64,000 nt of DNA, taken from the NCBI GenBank assembly GCA_947085985.1, contig CAMTYL010000003.1, forward strand, positions 234,108 to 298,107, in the 5' to 3' direction. Positions 63,491 to 64,000 of this stretch are shown one piece after another (position 1 is the stretch's first letter; each line of letters starts with the position of its first letter). The DNA is from an uncultured bacterium (GTDB lineage Bacteria > Patescibacteriota > Minisyncoccia > Phycocordibacterales > Phycocordibacteraceae). Both the position numbers and the translations under genes were made by a program. A model generated the notes under the pieces. It worked only from the letters and a program-made list of their open reading frames with translations, was not told where the DNA came from and searched no databases.

Positions 63491-63847
63491 TTACTCCACT
63501 ACACTTCTTGCAAAGGTAATCGCACCGTTCTTGTGCAGAGTGACTGTGAGCGGATAGCCAGAACCAGTAGTTATCTCGGAGGTGATGTCTATGTCTTCTT
63601 CGCCTGGACGTCCATGATCGTACTTTCCTGCTCCACGCTCTTCCGCTGGTGAATTATTAAAGTCATCAATCCAGCGATCAAAACTTTCAACAGGAGTTCC
63701 TGTAGCCTTCATTGCCATCCATGTCGCTAGAGCACCTCCTTCTAGACTGTAGACGAGCGCACTCTGCACCCTCTCGTCAGGAGTAAGCACGCTCTTTTCG
63801 TATTTGTTTGTTGGGGTGGCGTAGCCACCTTCTATGCCGAAGTTCAT
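63491..63847 (-). CDS. hypothetical protein (start at ATG 63847 preferred; longest ORF to 63922 would cover the palindrome)
   Basis: Intact ORF. No recognised motif. Confidence 0.4.
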   Translation of the reverse strand: MNFGIEGGYATPTNKYEKSVLTPDERVQSALVYSLEGGALATWMAMKATGTPVESFDRWIDDFNNSPAEERGAGKYDHGRPGEEDIDITSEITTGSGYPLTVTLHKNGAITFARSVVE

Positions 63848-63896
63848 ATATCTAAATCGTATCACGCTGCACCCCTCTACTGTCTCTGTTTTCTGT

Positions 63897-63915
63897 TTAC
63901 AAGGTTCAACCTTGT
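63897..63915. promoter_or_regulatory. 19-bp palindrome TACAAGGTTCAACCTTGTA (copy 3), about 10 bp downstream of a minus-strand -10 element: candidate operator
   Basis: Identical to copies at 13657-13677 and 13728-13746. Sits between the promoter and the start codon of the 63491-63847 gene. Confidence 0.6.
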
Positions 63916-63925
63916 ACCACACCGG

Positions 63926-63954
63926 CCTTATAATACATAGTGCTGTGGCACGTA
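63926..63954 (-). promoter_or_regulatory. sigma-70-like promoter (minus strand) TTACGT-N17-TATAAG
   Basis: Minus-strand reading AAAAATTACGTgccacagcactatgtatTATAAGgccggtgtgg then the palindrome. Confidence 0.4.
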
Positions 63955-64000
63955 ATTTTTCAATTGCACCAGAAGAGTTCTATCATGTATATAATCGCGG

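Noticed and set aside
1-64000. CRISPR arrays, rRNA genes, large integrases/transposases
   Set aside because: No regularly spaced direct repeats with unique spacers, no rRNA-like conserved stretches, and no ORF with integrase/transposase catalytic motifs were found. The mobile signatures here are limited to homing endonucleases and tRNA-end repeats.

Overview
This 64-kb window looks like part of a small-genome bacterium with about 50% GC. Much of the content points to Patescibacteria/CPR: a class I lysyl-tRNA synthetase, short DnaX and IF-2, and many T4SS-pilin-like genes. Gene density is high.

Housekeeping genes include an FKBP PPIase (partial), class I LysRS, an ECF sigma/anti-sigma pair, an RluB-type pseudouridine synthase, lexA and dinB with a Cheo-type LexA box, an ABC-F ATPase, TrhO, DnaX, Dus, an FtsQ-like protein, SerS, DprA, TopA, Rel, ParB, a peroxiredoxin, MiaA, L33, ClpB, a cysteine desulfurase, IF-2, RbfA and Alr.

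Seven tRNA genes are called: Gln-TTG, Leu-CAA, Trp-CCA, Cys-GCA, Leu-TAA, Lys-CTT and Leu-TAG.

Accessory content falls into six groups:
1. Dispersed type-IV-secretion-like parts: a VirB4/VirD4/HerA-type ATPase beside a 1146-aa giant protein; five tandem pilin-like paralogs; and two adjacent paralogs whose shared pilin-like N-domain is fused to an M15 peptidase and a VirB1-like lytic transglycosylase.
2. A GC-shifted island with a Phd/YefM-like pair, a nicotianamine-synthase-like gene and a His-rich COG0523 metallochaperone GTPase, preceded by a roughly 26-bp palindromic operator.
3. Nearly every tRNA is followed within 140-400 bp by partial copies of its own 3' end. These sit in a shared diverged trailer-repeat family with a GAGCGAAGCG core. 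A LAGLIDADG ORF and an HNH ORF abut tRNA-Leu genes.
4. Two tandem promoter-plus-terminator small-RNA candidates with a shared hairpin family.
5. A 19-21-bp perfect palindrome, TACAAGGTT(C/G)AACCTTGTA, present three times.
6. A 56-bp palindrome built on the tRNA-Lys 3' end.

No CRISPR array or rRNA is present.
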